A stretch of 64,000 nt of DNA from Verrucomicrobiota bacterium (lineage in GTDB: Bacteria > Verrucomicrobiota > Verrucomicrobiia > Limisphaerales > Palsa-1400), in the NCBI GenBank assembly GCA_049510745.1, contig JBEKYR010000006.1, forward strand, positions 32,001-96,000, in the 5' to 3' direction. Below the pieces are notes generated by a model that searched no databases, was not told the DNA's origin, and saw only the letters and a program-made list of their open reading frames with translations. Below, in pieces: positions 45,673 through 56,056 of this stretch. The translations under genes and the position numbers were made by a program. Numbering within the stretch: the stretch's first letter is position 1; the number at the start of each line of letters is the position of its first letter.

Positions 45673-47982
45673 TTACGGCTCCAAAGGAAACTGCTCCCGC
45701 TGGGCGGGCAATCCATCCAGGCAGCGCCGCACGGCGCAGAGCAGGTCTCGCGGAGTGCAGGGTTTTTGCAGGAAGTAACTGTTGGTCCGGCGAAGGAACT
45801 CGCCGCTCTCGCCCATGATCTCTCCGCCATATCCGCTCTGGAAGATGACTTTGAGGGAGGCCTTTTTTTCGCGCAGATCTTCCGCCAGCTTGCGGCCGGT
45901 GATTCCTTCCGGCATGACGACATCAGTCAAAAGCAAATCCACTTCGGGCGCGGCAGACTCCCAGATTTTGAGAGCTTCAGGGCCGGAAGCCGCCTCCAGG
46001 ACATGGTAGCCAAAGCGTTCGAGGAGGAGGCGAGTGACCGAGCGCACGGCTTCTTCATCTTCGACCAGCAGGACTGTTTCGTTGCCGCGGGGCAGCTTGC
46101 CTTCCGGCGTCCGTTGGCTCGAAGCCGGGCGGGCGCTTTCCAGGGCCGGGAGGTAAATCTTGAAGGTGGCGCCGGCGCCCACCTGACTGGACACCTCGAT
46201 CCACCCCTGGTGCTGCTTGACAATGCCATAGACTGTGGCGAGGCCCAAACCGGTGCCTTTGCCGACTTCTTTTGTGGTAAAGAAGGGGTCGAAGATGCGG
46301 GAGAGGTTTTCAGGAGAAATGCCGGTGCCGGTGTCCTTCACCGTCAGGCACACAAAAAGGCCGGGGCGGGCTTCCGGATGAGAGGGATCGCGTCCCGCTC
46401 CAAAGGTGAGCTGTTCGGTGGTGATGAGCAGTTGTCCTCCGTCCGGCATGGCGTCGCGGGCGTTGACGATGAGATTGACGAGGACCTGTTCGAGCATGCC
46501 GATGTCCGCCTGCACCAGGGGCAAGGTGGAGGTATAATGGCAACGCAACTCAATATCTTCGCCAATGATTCGCTCGAGCATTTTGCTCAGGTTCATGATG
46601 ACACGATCCAGATCCACCGGCTGCGACTGCATCATCTGTTTTCGACTGAAGGCGAGCAACTGCCGGGTCAGGTTGGCGGCCCGTTCACTGGCGGCGCTGA
46701 CTTGACTGAGGCATTCGCTGACTTCGCTGGAGAATCCCTTGGCTTCCATGCGCACCAAATCGGTGTTGCCACGAATGACCGCCAGGAGATTATTAAAGTC
46801 ATGGGCAATCCCGCCGGCCAGTTGACCGATGGCCTCCAGCTTCTGAGATTGTCTGAGGTCTTCCTGCGCCTTGCGCAAGGCTTCCTCGGTGCGAATACGG
46901 TCCAGCGCGCCGCCGCAATGATCGGCCAGGGCCTGCAACGTCTCCAGGCTTTGCTGGTTGTAGGCGTTGAGCGCATAGCTTTGGAGCGAAACGACGCCGG
47001 TCACGGCTTTGCCGTTGCGGATGGGAACGAACATGAGCGACGCAGACGGGCGCGTGGTATCTCCGAAGGGCAGTTCCCCGGGCTGCATCTCCCTGGGGTT
47101 GCTTTTCAACACCAACTGGCCGCCCTCCTGGAATGCTTTTCGCGCCAATGGCGAAGGCAGCCGGTGCTGGTAATTCGGAATGCATTCTTTCCGCTGGCCG
47201 CCAATCAAATCCGCATTCAGAACATGCGTGAGCATGTCGGTGTCCGGCGAATAGAGGTCCACCTGGCAGGCGTCCCAGCCGAGCAACCGGTCGGCCACAT
47301 CGACAATGATCTGGCCCGCCTCCCGCACCGTCCGCGCCGTGCTCAGGAGCGAGCCCAAGGTCGAAAACGCGGAAAGGAGAACTTGCGTCCGGGAGCGCTC
47401 GGCGATTTCTTGCGCCAGTTTCTCATTGGAGGCGCGCAGTTCCTGCGTGCGTTGGTTCACCATCGCATCCAAATCCGCCAGGCGCAGCTTGGCCTGCCGG
47501 GCCAAAGTCCATTTCCGGGCCAAGGTTTCGGCCAGTTGCAACACCTCCACCATGTCGAAAGGCTTCTTGAGGATGAGCAATCCGTCATTCTGGCCGAGTC
47601 TTCGGGCCATGTCGTCCCAGCTATAATCAGAATAAGCGGTGCAGATGACCACCTGGAGTTCGGGACAAACTTCCCAAAGCCTGGCCGTGGTCTCAATCCC
47701 GTCCCAGCCGGGCGGCATGCGGACATCGATGAAGGCGACGCCATAGGGTCGGCCGGCGGCGAGAGCCTCTTTGACCATCTCCAGGCCTTCCTGGCCCTGA
47801 AAGGCCGAGTCAAGCTCGAACCCGGCGAAGGTGCGTTTGGCCGGGCTTTCGCCAAAAAGATCGGCGCTCATCTCTCCATAGGCGCTCCCCTCGGCCTCGG
47901 CCGAGAGAATCTTGCGAAAGTCCTCGTGGATGGCCCGGTTGTCGTCAATGACCAGGATTCGCCGGTTTAAGTTGTCGCGCAT
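45673..47982 (-). CDS. Cytoplasmic hybrid histidine kinase (REC-GAF-HisKA-HATPase-REC)
   Basis: RILVIDD...FIDVRMPPG, GAF-like SLMFVPI..VTGVVSLQ, H-box AHDFNN, FFTTKEVGKGTGLGL and C-terminal LLTDVVMP. Confidence 0.93.
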   Translation of the reverse strand: MRDNLNRRILVIDDNRAIHEDFRKILSAEAEGSAYGEMSADLFGESPAKRTFAGFELDSAFQGQEGLEMVKEALAAGRPYGVAFIDVRMPPGWDGIETTARLWEVCPELQVVICTAYSDYSWDDMARRLGQNDGLLILKKPFDMVEVLQLAETLARKWTLARQAKLRLADLDAMVNQRTQELRASNEKLAQEIAERSRTQVLLSAFSTLGSLLSTARTVREAGQIIVDVADRLLGWDACQVDLYSPDTDMLTHVLNADLIGGQRKECIPNYQHRLPSPLARKAFQEGGQLVLKSNPREMQPGELPFGDTTRPSASLMFVPIRNGKAVTGVVSLQSYALNAYNQQSLETLQALADHCGGALDRIRTEEALRKAQEDLRQSQKLEAIGQLAGGIAHDFNNLLAVIRGNTDLVRMEAKGFSSEVSECLSQVSAASERAANLTRQLLAFSRKQMMQSQPVDLDRVIMNLSKMLERIIGEDIELRCHYTSTLPLVQADIGMLEQVLVNLIVNARDAMPDGGQLLITTEQLTFGAGRDPSHPEARPGLFVCLTVKDTGTGISPENLSRIFDPFFTTKEVGKGTGLGLATVYGIVKQHQGWIEVSSQVGAGATFKIYLPALESARPASSQRTPEGKLPRGNETVLLVEDEEAVRSVTRLLLERFGYHVLEAASGPEALKIWESAAPEVDLLLTDVVMPEGITGRKLAEDLREKKASLKVIFQSGYGGEIMGESGEFLRRTNSYFLQKPCTPRDLLCAVRRCLDGLPAQREQFPLEP

Positions 47983-50108
47983 TTGGTTGCTTGGGGAGTG
48001 GCAGGGCGGTTCCGCTGCCGGTCTTGAGCGATGACGGTTTGACGGTCAGCGGGGGGCTGACAGGGCAGTTCCAGGGTGAAAACAGCGCCGAGACCCCGGC
48101 CTTCGCTGTGGGCGCTGAGAGACCCGCCCAATTCCTTGGCGGCCAGGGCGCCGCTGTGCAGTCCGAAGCCATGTCCGTTCTTTCGGGTCGTAAACCCATG
48201 ATTGAAAATCCGGGTGAGGTTTTCCGGCGGGATGCCAACGCCGTTATCAATCACGGCGATGCTCACCCGGCCTTCGCCGTTGGTCGCGCGCAGGATAACC
48301 TGTTTGTCGCTCCGGCCCGATTCATCACAGGCATACTTGGCGTTGCGCACCAAGTTGATGAGAATCTGCAGCACCTTGTGCTTGTCGGTGCAGATGCGGG
48401 GCAGAACGCTGTACTCGCGCACCACGGTGACTTCGTGGCGCGCGAACGACGCCGCGTTCATGCGCAAGGTGTCTTCCAGCAGTTCGGTCACTTCGATGTC
48501 TTCGAACACGCCGGCGACCCGGGCGTAGCTTTGCTGCATGGCGACGATTTCCTTGATGTGCTCCACGTTCCGGCGGAGGGACGCCAATTCCTCCAGGACC
48601 GCCGCTTGTTCGGCGCCGAGTCTTTCCGCCAGATGGCCGAGAAAGTCCGGCACCTTTCGTCCCTTCGGATCGCTGGTCAAAAAGGCGGTGCGGTCCCCGG
48701 CATGTTCCTCCAGCAATTGGGCCAGCCGGCGCAGATCGGCCACTCGCGACTTCCTGACTCGCTCGTCCACCAAGGTGGCGGCGACATTGATGCTGTTCAA
48801 GACGTTGCCGACGTTGTGCAGGACGCTGGTCGCCACTTCCGCCATGCCAGCCTGGCGGGAGATGGTGACCAACTCTTGGTGCGCGGCCTCCAGGTCAGCC
48901 TCAGCTTTCCTGCGTTCGGTGATATCTCGCAGGAAGATGGTGAAGATGGAGCTTTCGCCAACGCGGATGGGCGTCAGCGTCACTTCGACCGGCAGTTCCC
49001 GGCCATCGCGGCGTACCGCAGTGGTTTCGACCAGCCGGTTGAGATCAGGCCATTCCCCCGTGGCGCGGAATCGCACCAGATCGGCGCGGCGCGCCTGCCG
49101 GCGCCTGGGCGGGATGACCGTCTCAAGGAGAAGGCAGCCCAGGATGTCCGCGCGGGACCATCCCAGCTTTTCTTCCGCCTGCCGGTTCCAGCCGATGATC
49201 CTGAAGTCCTGGTCTGTCGTGATGACGGCGTCGAAGGCCTGGTCAATGATCATCCGGGTGCGTTCCTCCTGGGAGCGAAGCGTCTCCTCGGCCTGCTTGC
49301 GTTCGAGATTCTCTTTCTGGAGGGCGGCGTTCGCATCGGCAAGTTCGGCCGTTCGTTCCTGCACACGCATTTCCAGGACGTCTTTGGCTTCCTGTAGTTC
49401 CATGTCCCGATGCTGGATTTGCGCCAGCATCCCGTTGAAGCCGTCAATCAACACGCCGATTTCGTCCGGATTGTGCTTTTCGACACGGATGGAGTAATCC
49501 TGATTTTGTCCGACGGCCCTGGTCGCGCGGGCGAGCTGCTGGATCGGTTGGGAGATGAAGTGCTGCAATTTACTGGATAGTGCCAGCGCGACGAAGAGTG
49601 TCAACGCCAATACGGCCGCGATGATGGCCGCATATTGGCCCAGCCGCGAATACAACTCGCGCATGTCCGAGACAAGGTAAACGGTGCCGACGTCGTCGCC
49701 TTTGGAGACGATGGGACGCGAGAGGGTCAGGTCGCCGTTGCGAAAAGAATGGTCCTGGGCCGGAGGTTGCGCCGGGGGTGTGAAGGCAGCGTCGGCGGTG
49801 GGACGCCGATAAGTGGCAAACACCTTGCGATCCGCCGTATAAACGCACGCCCCAACGATGTGGGATTCGGCCTTGAGGGCGGAAAGGGTTTCCTGGGCGG
49901 CTTTGGAGTCATTAAAGTCCAGGGCGCCGGCGGTGTTGTTGCCGATGATCTCGGCCAGGGTGGAGAGGTTTCTCACCATGGCCGAGCGAAACGTCACGAC
50001 CTCGTAGGCGGTGAAACCGGCGCAGGCCAGCAGCAGCGCCACAGTGGTGATGACCATGATGATCAGCACCTGCTTGCGTTTGATGGAGGCTTTCCGGAAA
50101 AAATTCAT
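47967..50108 (-). CDS. Membrane sensor histidine kinase (YfiN-like periplasmic sensor, HAMP, PAS, HisKA, HATPase)
   Basis: Two TM helices around ALDFNDSKAAQETLSAL. HAMP DEIGVLIDGFN, a PAS domain, H-box LHNVGN and GFTTRKNGHGFGL. Confidence 0.92.
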   Translation of the reverse strand: MNFFRKASIKRKQVLIIMVITTVALLLACAGFTAYEVVTFRSAMVRNLSTLAEIIGNNTAGALDFNDSKAAQETLSALKAESHIVGACVYTADRKVFATYRRPTADAAFTPPAQPPAQDHSFRNGDLTLSRPIVSKGDDVGTVYLVSDMRELYSRLGQYAAIIAAVLALTLFVALALSSKLQHFISQPIQQLARATRAVGQNQDYSIRVEKHNPDEIGVLIDGFNGMLAQIQHRDMELQEAKDVLEMRVQERTAELADANAALQKENLERKQAEETLRSQEERTRMIIDQAFDAVITTDQDFRIIGWNRQAEEKLGWSRADILGCLLLETVIPPRRRQARRADLVRFRATGEWPDLNRLVETTAVRRDGRELPVEVTLTPIRVGESSIFTIFLRDITERRKAEADLEAAHQELVTISRQAGMAEVATSVLHNVGNVLNSINVAATLVDERVRKSRVADLRRLAQLLEEHAGDRTAFLTSDPKGRKVPDFLGHLAERLGAEQAAVLEELASLRRNVEHIKEIVAMQQSYARVAGVFEDIEVTELLEDTLRMNAASFARHEVTVVREYSVLPRICTDKHKVLQILINLVRNAKYACDESGRSDKQVILRATNGEGRVSIAVIDNGVGIPPENLTRIFNHGFTTRKNGHGFGLHSGALAAKELGGSLSAHSEGRGLGAVFTLELPCQPPADRQTVIAQDRQRNRPATPQATKCATT

Positions 50109-50112
50109 AGGC

Positions 50113-50709
50113 TCATCGCGGTTTGCCCCGCACGGCGTCGGCCAGACTCAACAATTTGGAACTGATTTGCAGCCGCGCCTGGCTGGCGGCGGCCAGATCA
50201 ATGTCAAACCGGACCTTGTTGCTCCGGACAGCGAAGCAGATGATCCCCCCTGCCTGGGCGAACGACCCGTCTTCTCCAACGGTCAAGACGGGGCTTGATT
50301 TAACCGGCTGGAGAATTTCCTCCAGGCGCTTGTTTTCCGAGGAACTGACAAAGAGAACGTGGCACTTGCGGCCGTCTTCCTCCGCTTTGAGCGGCTGGAT
50401 GGAGATGGGGTGTCCGTTGATGGCTTTGCTCTTCACCACAGTCTTGAGGGTATCGACAAATTCATTGTTCCCAATCACGCCGATGCAGATCGGCGTCTTC
50501 GCCTCCGGGAAGGCGTCCGCCGGCCATTCCACATACTTGGCAAAGTTGTAGAGGCACAGGGCCTTGACCTGATACTCCGACAGGGACTCATCAGCACGCC
50601 CGACCCGACAGTCCCCCCACCAAAGGCCCAGGAACACGCTCGCCGCGATGACCTTCGCCAATCGGCGCCTTCTTCCCAGCCGGCAGCGTCTATGCTTGGA
50701 GGCGTTCAT
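50113..50709 (-). CDS. YfiR family (DUF4154) periplasmic protein
   Basis: EYQVKALCLYNFAKYVEWP, CHVLFVS, VLTVGE, KVRFDIDL and LQISSKLLSLA. Confidence 0.92.
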   Translation of the reverse strand: MNASKHRRCRLGRRRRLAKVIAASVFLGLWWGDCRVGRADESLSEYQVKALCLYNFAKYVEWPADAFPEAKTPICIGVIGNNEFVDTLKTVVKSKAINGHPISIQPLKAEEDGRKCHVLFVSSSENKRLEEILQPVKSSPVLTVGEDGSFAQAGGIICFAVRSNKVRFDIDLAAASQARLQISSKLLSLADAVRGKPR

Positions 50710-50720
50710 GGATTCCAGTT

Positions 50721-52811
50721 CTAAAATCGCCAGGTGATTTTGCCCATCACGCCGCGGGGCACGTCGGTAATCAGAGAAGTCTTGTAACTGGTAAACTCGG
50801 CGTGTCGGCCATCAACCAGGTTCTGCCCCCAAATCCCCAGTTCCAGCGACTTCCACGGGTGCCAAACCAGACCGAGGTCCAGGTCCACATAGGAGGGGAT
50901 GGTCATCTGGCCGGTTCCGTAGGGCGACTGGATTTGATCGACGTAATAGACCGCCGCATTGAATTGAAGGTTGCCTGGAAGGCTCAATACGGAGCGCACC
51001 TGGAATTGCTGCTCCGGCGAACTTCCCAGCGAAACAGATGCCTCGGGGGTGTGGGCTTCGAACCAGGTCCAGCTTGCCGCCAGCTTCCAGCAATCGCACA
51101 CGTCCCAGCGGCCAGACAGCTCAAGCCCGTAGGTTTGGGCAGGGCCGACGTTCTCAGTCGTGCTGGGAACCAGGAAATACGGCAACGGCGGTCCCGCTTC
51201 AAACTGCGGTGTGCCGGGGACGGCTTCGATCAGCCGGTTGTATTGGTTGTAGAATCCGGCCAGGTCAAACGAGCACCGTTTGGTCGGCTCGACCCGGTAC
51301 CCCAGTTCGTAGGCAAGCAGTTCCTCGGACTCCAGGTGCGGGTTGCCGAGCGTCGCCAGCAGGACGGGCAGAGGGGTTGTTTGCGAGGGGGGAAGGACCT
51401 GGAAATTGACGCGCTCATCCGACTCGTAGATCGAGGGGGTTCTCACGGCGCGCGAGACTGAGGCCCAGAGGGTTTGCCGGTCCGTTGGCGTCCAAAGCAG
51501 CCGGGCACTGGGCTGAACTTCAAAGCCGGTGAAATCGTTGTGCTCGAATTTCGAGCCGAGCGTCAGCTTGAGCCGGTCCGGCGCCAGCGTGACTTCATCT
51601 TGCACGAAAAAACTGGCCAGTTGTTCGTGCAGTTCCGCCGGGTTGAAAGCCAGGAAATAGCTGGGGATGAGTTTGGAATTGATATAGCGATAGCCCGCGC
51701 CCCAAACAACGTCATTGCGGGAGCCGAGGGCAAACCGGTGTTGCGCGTCGAGGTCGATGGTGTCAGAGGTATAGGCAACCCCGATTTGTTCGGGGCTGAA
51801 GTGGTCATAATATGCCTGGACGATAAGCCCTGCGTCTTCCGAAAAGTCGCGCGTCCAGCGGCCCAGCAGGTTCCCGCCGGAGTCGTGGTTGAGCACATCG
51901 CTGTTCTGCGCGAACGGAGGCAGAAGGCTTGGGATCGACTGGCTCTCGCCCATTTGGTGGCTGTAGAAGTCCCCCTGCAAAGTCAGTTTGTTCTGCACGG
52001 ACGGTTCCCAATCCAGGCGCATCCCTCCCTGAACGCCGCTCCACGTGTCCGGCGCGTCGGCGCCGTTTGTTTTCACCAGATCATCCCGGTTGAAGTACTT
52101 TATGTAAACCCGATAGTAAAGATTGGTGGCGAGCAGGCCGCCATACCGCACCACGGTGGAAGGCTGGTCTTCGGTGCCAAAGGAAGTGGAAACCAGCAGG
52201 CCTTGAGTCTCCTTGGCGCTCTTGCTGATGATGTTAATCACCCCATCGACGGCGTTGGCGCCCCAGAGTGTGCCGCCAGGCCCCCGAATCACTTCGATCC
52301 GGTCCAGGTCTTCCATCACGACGTCTTCCGTGCTCCAGATCACTCCACCGAAGCCGGTCGTATAGACGGAGCGACCGTCAATCAGGACTAACATCTTGTT
52401 GGCAAACTCAGAGTTGAAACCGCGCGCGCTGATCGCCCAATCATGCGAGTTGATGCGCGCCACATCCATGCCGGGAACCAGGCGCAGAGCCTCCGGCAGT
52501 GTCGTAATGCCGAACTGATCGAGGTCATCCGGCGTCACGACCGTCACTGCGGCCGGAGAATCTTCCAAGGTGGTCTCCTTTTTGGCCACGGAAGTCACTT
52601 TGATGTTAATCAATTGGTCCAGGCTCAGTTCCGTCGAATCCTTGGCCGCATTGGTGGAAACGTCGCCGGCCCTGGCCTCGCTGCCGGCGGGACCGTTCAT
52701 CATCGCCGCGACAATAAATGGGAACGCTTGCAGAGGCAGCAGGCGCCGCAATGCGGCGAATGACCTGGCCGGCGCTTTTCGGCGCTGGGCGAAAATCGTT
52801 TCTACATTCAT
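50721..52811 (-). CDS. TonB-dependent receptor
   Basis: Plug motifs LPEALRLVPG, LVLIDGR and RIEVIRGPGGTLWGANAVDGVINII. C-terminal ITWRF barrel signature. Confidence 0.95.
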   Translation of the reverse strand: MNVETIFAQRRKAPARSFAALRRLLPLQAFPFIVAAMMNGPAGSEARAGDVSTNAAKDSTELSLDQLINIKVTSVAKKETTLEDSPAAVTVVTPDDLDQFGITTLPEALRLVPGMDVARINSHDWAISARGFNSEFANKMLVLIDGRSVYTTGFGGVIWSTEDVVMEDLDRIEVIRGPGGTLWGANAVDGVINIISKSAKETQGLLVSTSFGTEDQPSTVVRYGGLLATNLYYRVYIKYFNRDDLVKTNGADAPDTWSGVQGGMRLDWEPSVQNKLTLQGDFYSHQMGESQSIPSLLPPFAQNSDVLNHDSGGNLLGRWTRDFSEDAGLIVQAYYDHFSPEQIGVAYTSDTIDLDAQHRFALGSRNDVVWGAGYRYINSKLIPSYFLAFNPAELHEQLASFFVQDEVTLAPDRLKLTLGSKFEHNDFTGFEVQPSARLLWTPTDRQTLWASVSRAVRTPSIYESDERVNFQVLPPSQTTPLPVLLATLGNPHLESEELLAYELGYRVEPTKRCSFDLAGFYNQYNRLIEAVPGTPQFEAGPPLPYFLVPSTTENVGPAQTYGLELSGRWDVCDCWKLAASWTWFEAHTPEASVSLGSSPEQQFQVRSVLSLPGNLQFNAAVYYVDQIQSPYGTGQMTIPSYVDLDLGLVWHPWKSLELGIWGQNLVDGRHAEFTSYKTSLITDVPRGVMGKITWRF

Positions 52812-53027
52812 ACGGTGCGATTTGGCCCTTTTGCGGCCTTAAAAGGTTATCGGAAGCATGGCTCATTCCGTTTAGGCCAAAACTTGACCATTTTCTGTCA
52901 CTTGAGGGCAAAAGCCGCGCTGATCTAAAGCCCGTCCCCAAACCTGCCGATGAAATGGTATGAGGTCTGCACATAGACTGAGATCGCATTTGCACCGTGT
53001 AAGGAATCTTACGAACATTAAGAACGG

Positions 53028-54839
53028 ATGAACAATCCCGCCACTGCGAGAAATTCCCGCCTGTTGATTGTTGACGACAACCACGCGATCCATGACGACT
53101 TCCGCAAGATTCTGAGCCGGCATGAACCGTTGTCCGGCCAGATTGAGAAAGCGGAAGCGGTGTTGTTTGGGGAGGTTGCAGGCAATGGATCCGCCTGCAC
53201 AGGCTCTTTCCAACTGGACTCAGCCTATCAGGGCAAGGACGGGCTGCGTCTGGTCCAGGAAGCCTTGCAGCAAGGCCGGCCCTATGCCATGGCCTTTGTG
53301 GATGTGCGGATGCCGCCCGGTTGGGACGGCGTGGAAACCACCGCCAGAATCTGGGAGATTGATCCCGATCTTCAGGTCGTCATCTGCACCGCCTATTCGG
53401 ACTGTTCCTGGGGCGAGATGCTGGAAAGGCTGGGCAGATCCGACCGGCTGGTCATTCTCCGAAAGCCCTTCGACAACGTCGAAGTCCTGCAACTGGCCAA
53501 CAGCCTCACCCGTAAATGGCAGTTGCTGCAGGAGTCAAAAGGAAAAATGACCGGGCTGGAGGAGATGGTCGTGGCCCGCACGGCGCAAATGGTGCAGGAG
53601 CAGGAAAAGTTCAAGGCCATTTTCGAAAACTCGCCGGAGGGCATCTTTCAGACCACCCTCGAGGGCCGCATCCTGACCGCCAACCCCGCCCTGGCCGGGA
53701 TATTCGGTTATGCCTCGCCCAAAGAACTGATGGAGCAACTGACCGACATGCATCGGCAGCTCTATGTGGACGCGGGGCGGCTGGCGGAATTTCAAACGCG
53801 CCTGCAGCGGGAAAAGATCGTGCGGGAATTTCAATCGGAAATAAAATGCAAGGATGGCTCCAGGAAATGGATCAGTGAAACGGCTTGCGAAGTCACCAAG
53901 CTGGATGGGTCGCTTTTGCATTATCAGGGGTTCGTGGTGGACATCACCGCGCAAAAAAGCGCGCAAAAAGAGCGGGATTTGATCGAGACGCAGTTGCGCC
54001 AGGCGCAAAAGCTCGAATCGGTCGGCCAACTGGCCGCCGGGATTGCGCATGAAATCAACACGCCCATCCAATATATCGGGGATAACATCCATTTCATCGA
54101 GGAATCTTTCGCCGCGCTGAGCGGGTTGCTCCAGGAGTACCAGAAACTGGCCGCCGCGGTTCGAACCAACACGGTCACGCCCGCAGTGCTCTCGGCGGTG
54201 GAATCCTCCATCCAGAAGACCGATCTTGATTATTTGAGCAAGGAAATTCCGCTGGCCGTCGAGCAATCCCTCCAAGGGGTCAGCCACGTTTCCCACATTG
54301 TCAACGCCATGAAAGAGTTCTCGCATCCCGGCAGCCGGGAAAAGGTGGCGTTGGACCTCAATCACGCCATCGAAATGACCGTCACGGTCGCGCGCGGCGA
54401 ATGGAAATACGTCGCCGAGATGGTGACCGATTTTGCCCCGGGGTTGCCGCCGGTCCCGTGTCTGCCCGGTGAATTCAACCAAGTCATCCTCAATCTCATC
54501 ATCAACGCCGCTCACGCCATTGGCGAGGTGGTCAAGCCGGTCAATGGGAGCAAGGGAACCATCCGCATCAGCACCCGGCTGGACGGCGCCTGGGTGGAAA
54601 TCAGAATCTCAGACACCGGCACGGGTATTCCCGAGGAGATCCGCGACCGGATTTTCGACCCGTTTTTCACCACCAAAGAAGTGGGCAAGGGGACCGGCCA
54701 GGGGCTGACCATCGCGCGCTCGGTGATCGTGGACAAACACGGCGGCGCCCTCACCTTTGAAAGTGAAGTGGGCCGCGGCACAACTTTCATTATTCGCCTG
54801 CCGGCGACCGGCAGCGCCGTGGCGGGAAAGAAGACATGA
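53028..54839 (+). CDS. Cytoplasmic histidine kinase (REC-PAS-HisKA-HATPase)
   Basis: FVDVRMPPG receiver, PAS FENSPEGIF, H-box AHEINTP and FFTTKEVGKGTGQGL. Confidence 0.93.
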   Translation: MNNPATARNSRLLIVDDNHAIHDDFRKILSRHEPLSGQIEKAEAVLFGEVAGNGSACTGSFQLDSAYQGKDGLRLVQEALQQGRPYAMAFVDVRMPPGWDGVETTARIWEIDPDLQVVICTAYSDCSWGEMLERLGRSDRLVILRKPFDNVEVLQLANSLTRKWQLLQESKGKMTGLEEMVVARTAQMVQEQEKFKAIFENSPEGIFQTTLEGRILTANPALAGIFGYASPKELMEQLTDMHRQLYVDAGRLAEFQTRLQREKIVREFQSEIKCKDGSRKWISETACEVTKLDGSLLHYQGFVVDITAQKSAQKERDLIETQLRQAQKLESVGQLAAGIAHEINTPIQYIGDNIHFIEESFAALSGLLQEYQKLAAAVRTNTVTPAVLSAVESSIQKTDLDYLSKEIPLAVEQSLQGVSHVSHIVNAMKEFSHPGSREKVALDLNHAIEMTVTVARGEWKYVAEMVTDFAPGLPPVPCLPGEFNQVILNLIINAAHAIGEVVKPVNGSKGTIRISTRLDGAWVEIRISDTGTGIPEEIRDRIFDPFFTTKEVGKGTGQGLTIARSVIVDKHGGALTFESEVGRGTTFIIRLPATGSAVAGKKT

Positions 54840-56056
54840 AAAAAAGAATTCTTTTCGTGGATGACGACCCCTTTGTGTTGGCGGCGTTGCAACGCATGCT
54901 GCACGGCCAGCGCGGGGAATGGGACATGGAATTCGTCGCCGGCGGCGCGCAGGCTTTGGAGCGGATGGCGCGGGCGCCGTTTGATGTGGTGGTGACCGAC
55001 ATGCGGATGCCCGGCATGAACGGCGCGGAGTTGCTCGACGAAGTGATGCGCCGTCATCCCAAGACCATTCGCATTGTCTTATCTGGCCACGCGGACACGG
55101 ACCTCCTTCTCACGTGCGTCAACTCCACCCATCAATACCTCTCCAAACCGTGCGATTCCCAGGCCATCAAAGCCACCGTGCAACGGGCGTGCGGCCTGGA
55201 AAACGCGGCGGAGAACGAAAGGCTCAAACAATTGGTCGGGCAGATGGCGCGCCTGCCCAGCCTGCCCTCGCTCTACGTGCAAATGGTGGAAGAATTGAAC
55301 GATTCGTCCGCGACCATCGAACACATCGGCGAGATCGTCAGCCAGGATATGGCCATGACCGCGCAGTTTTTGAAGCTGGTCAATTCGGTGTATTTCGGCC
55401 TTTCCCGCCCGGTGAGCAACCCATCCGAAGCGGCGCTGTATTTGGGCATTGATACCATCAAGGCTCTGGTCCTTTCCATCCACACCTTCTCCCAGTTTGA
55501 GGATCTCATTAGTTGCGGATTCAACCTGGAGGCGCTCATGCACCACAGCCTGAGGACGGCCGGGCGCGCCGGGCGGATCGCCAAGCTGGAAGGCTCCACC
55601 CCAAAAATCGTCAACGAATGTTTCGTCGGCGGCATGTTGCATGACATCGGCAAGTTGCTGATGGCCGCCAATTTTCCCAAGGATTACGACCAGGTGACGC
55701 GGCTTGTCGGCAAGGAAGGACTCTCGCACTGCGCCGCTGAAAAAGAAATCTTTGGGGTCAATCACGCCAGCGTGGGCGGCTACCTGCTGGGCCTGTGGGG
55801 ATTGCCCGTCCCGGTGGTTGAAGCCATCGCGTTGCACCATTGCCCGCGCCAAACCACCAGTCCCGCTTTTGGCGCGCTCACGGCGGTCCACGCCGCCAAC
55901 GTGTTCGAGCACGAGCGCGCCGCCGGTTCCCACCCCGCCGCGGATAATGAGCTGGATGGCCTGTACCTTGCCGCGCTCGGCCTGACGCACCGCCTGGCGG
56001 CGTGGCGTCAAACCGGCCAGACCGCCGAAACCACGGGAGACCACGCACACGCATGA
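54836..56056 (+). CDS. Response regulator with HDOD domain
   Basis: RILFVDDD, VVTDMRMP, LPSLP, LKLVNS.YFG, LHDIGKL and LWGLP. Confidence 0.92.
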   Translation: MKKRILFVDDDPFVLAALQRMLHGQRGEWDMEFVAGGAQALERMARAPFDVVVTDMRMPGMNGAELLDEVMRRHPKTIRIVLSGHADTDLLLTCVNSTHQYLSKPCDSQAIKATVQRACGLENAAENERLKQLVGQMARLPSLPSLYVQMVEELNDSSATIEHIGEIVSQDMAMTAQFLKLVNSVYFGLSRPVSNPSEAALYLGIDTIKALVLSIHTFSQFEDLISCGFNLEALMHHSLRTAGRAGRIAKLEGSTPKIVNECFVGGMLHDIGKLLMAANFPKDYDQVTRLVGKEGLSHCAAEKEIFGVNHASVGGYLLGLWGLPVPVVEAIALHHCPRQTTSPAFGALTAVHAANVFEHERAAGSHPAADNELDGLYLAALGLTHRLAAWRQTGQTAETTGDHAHA

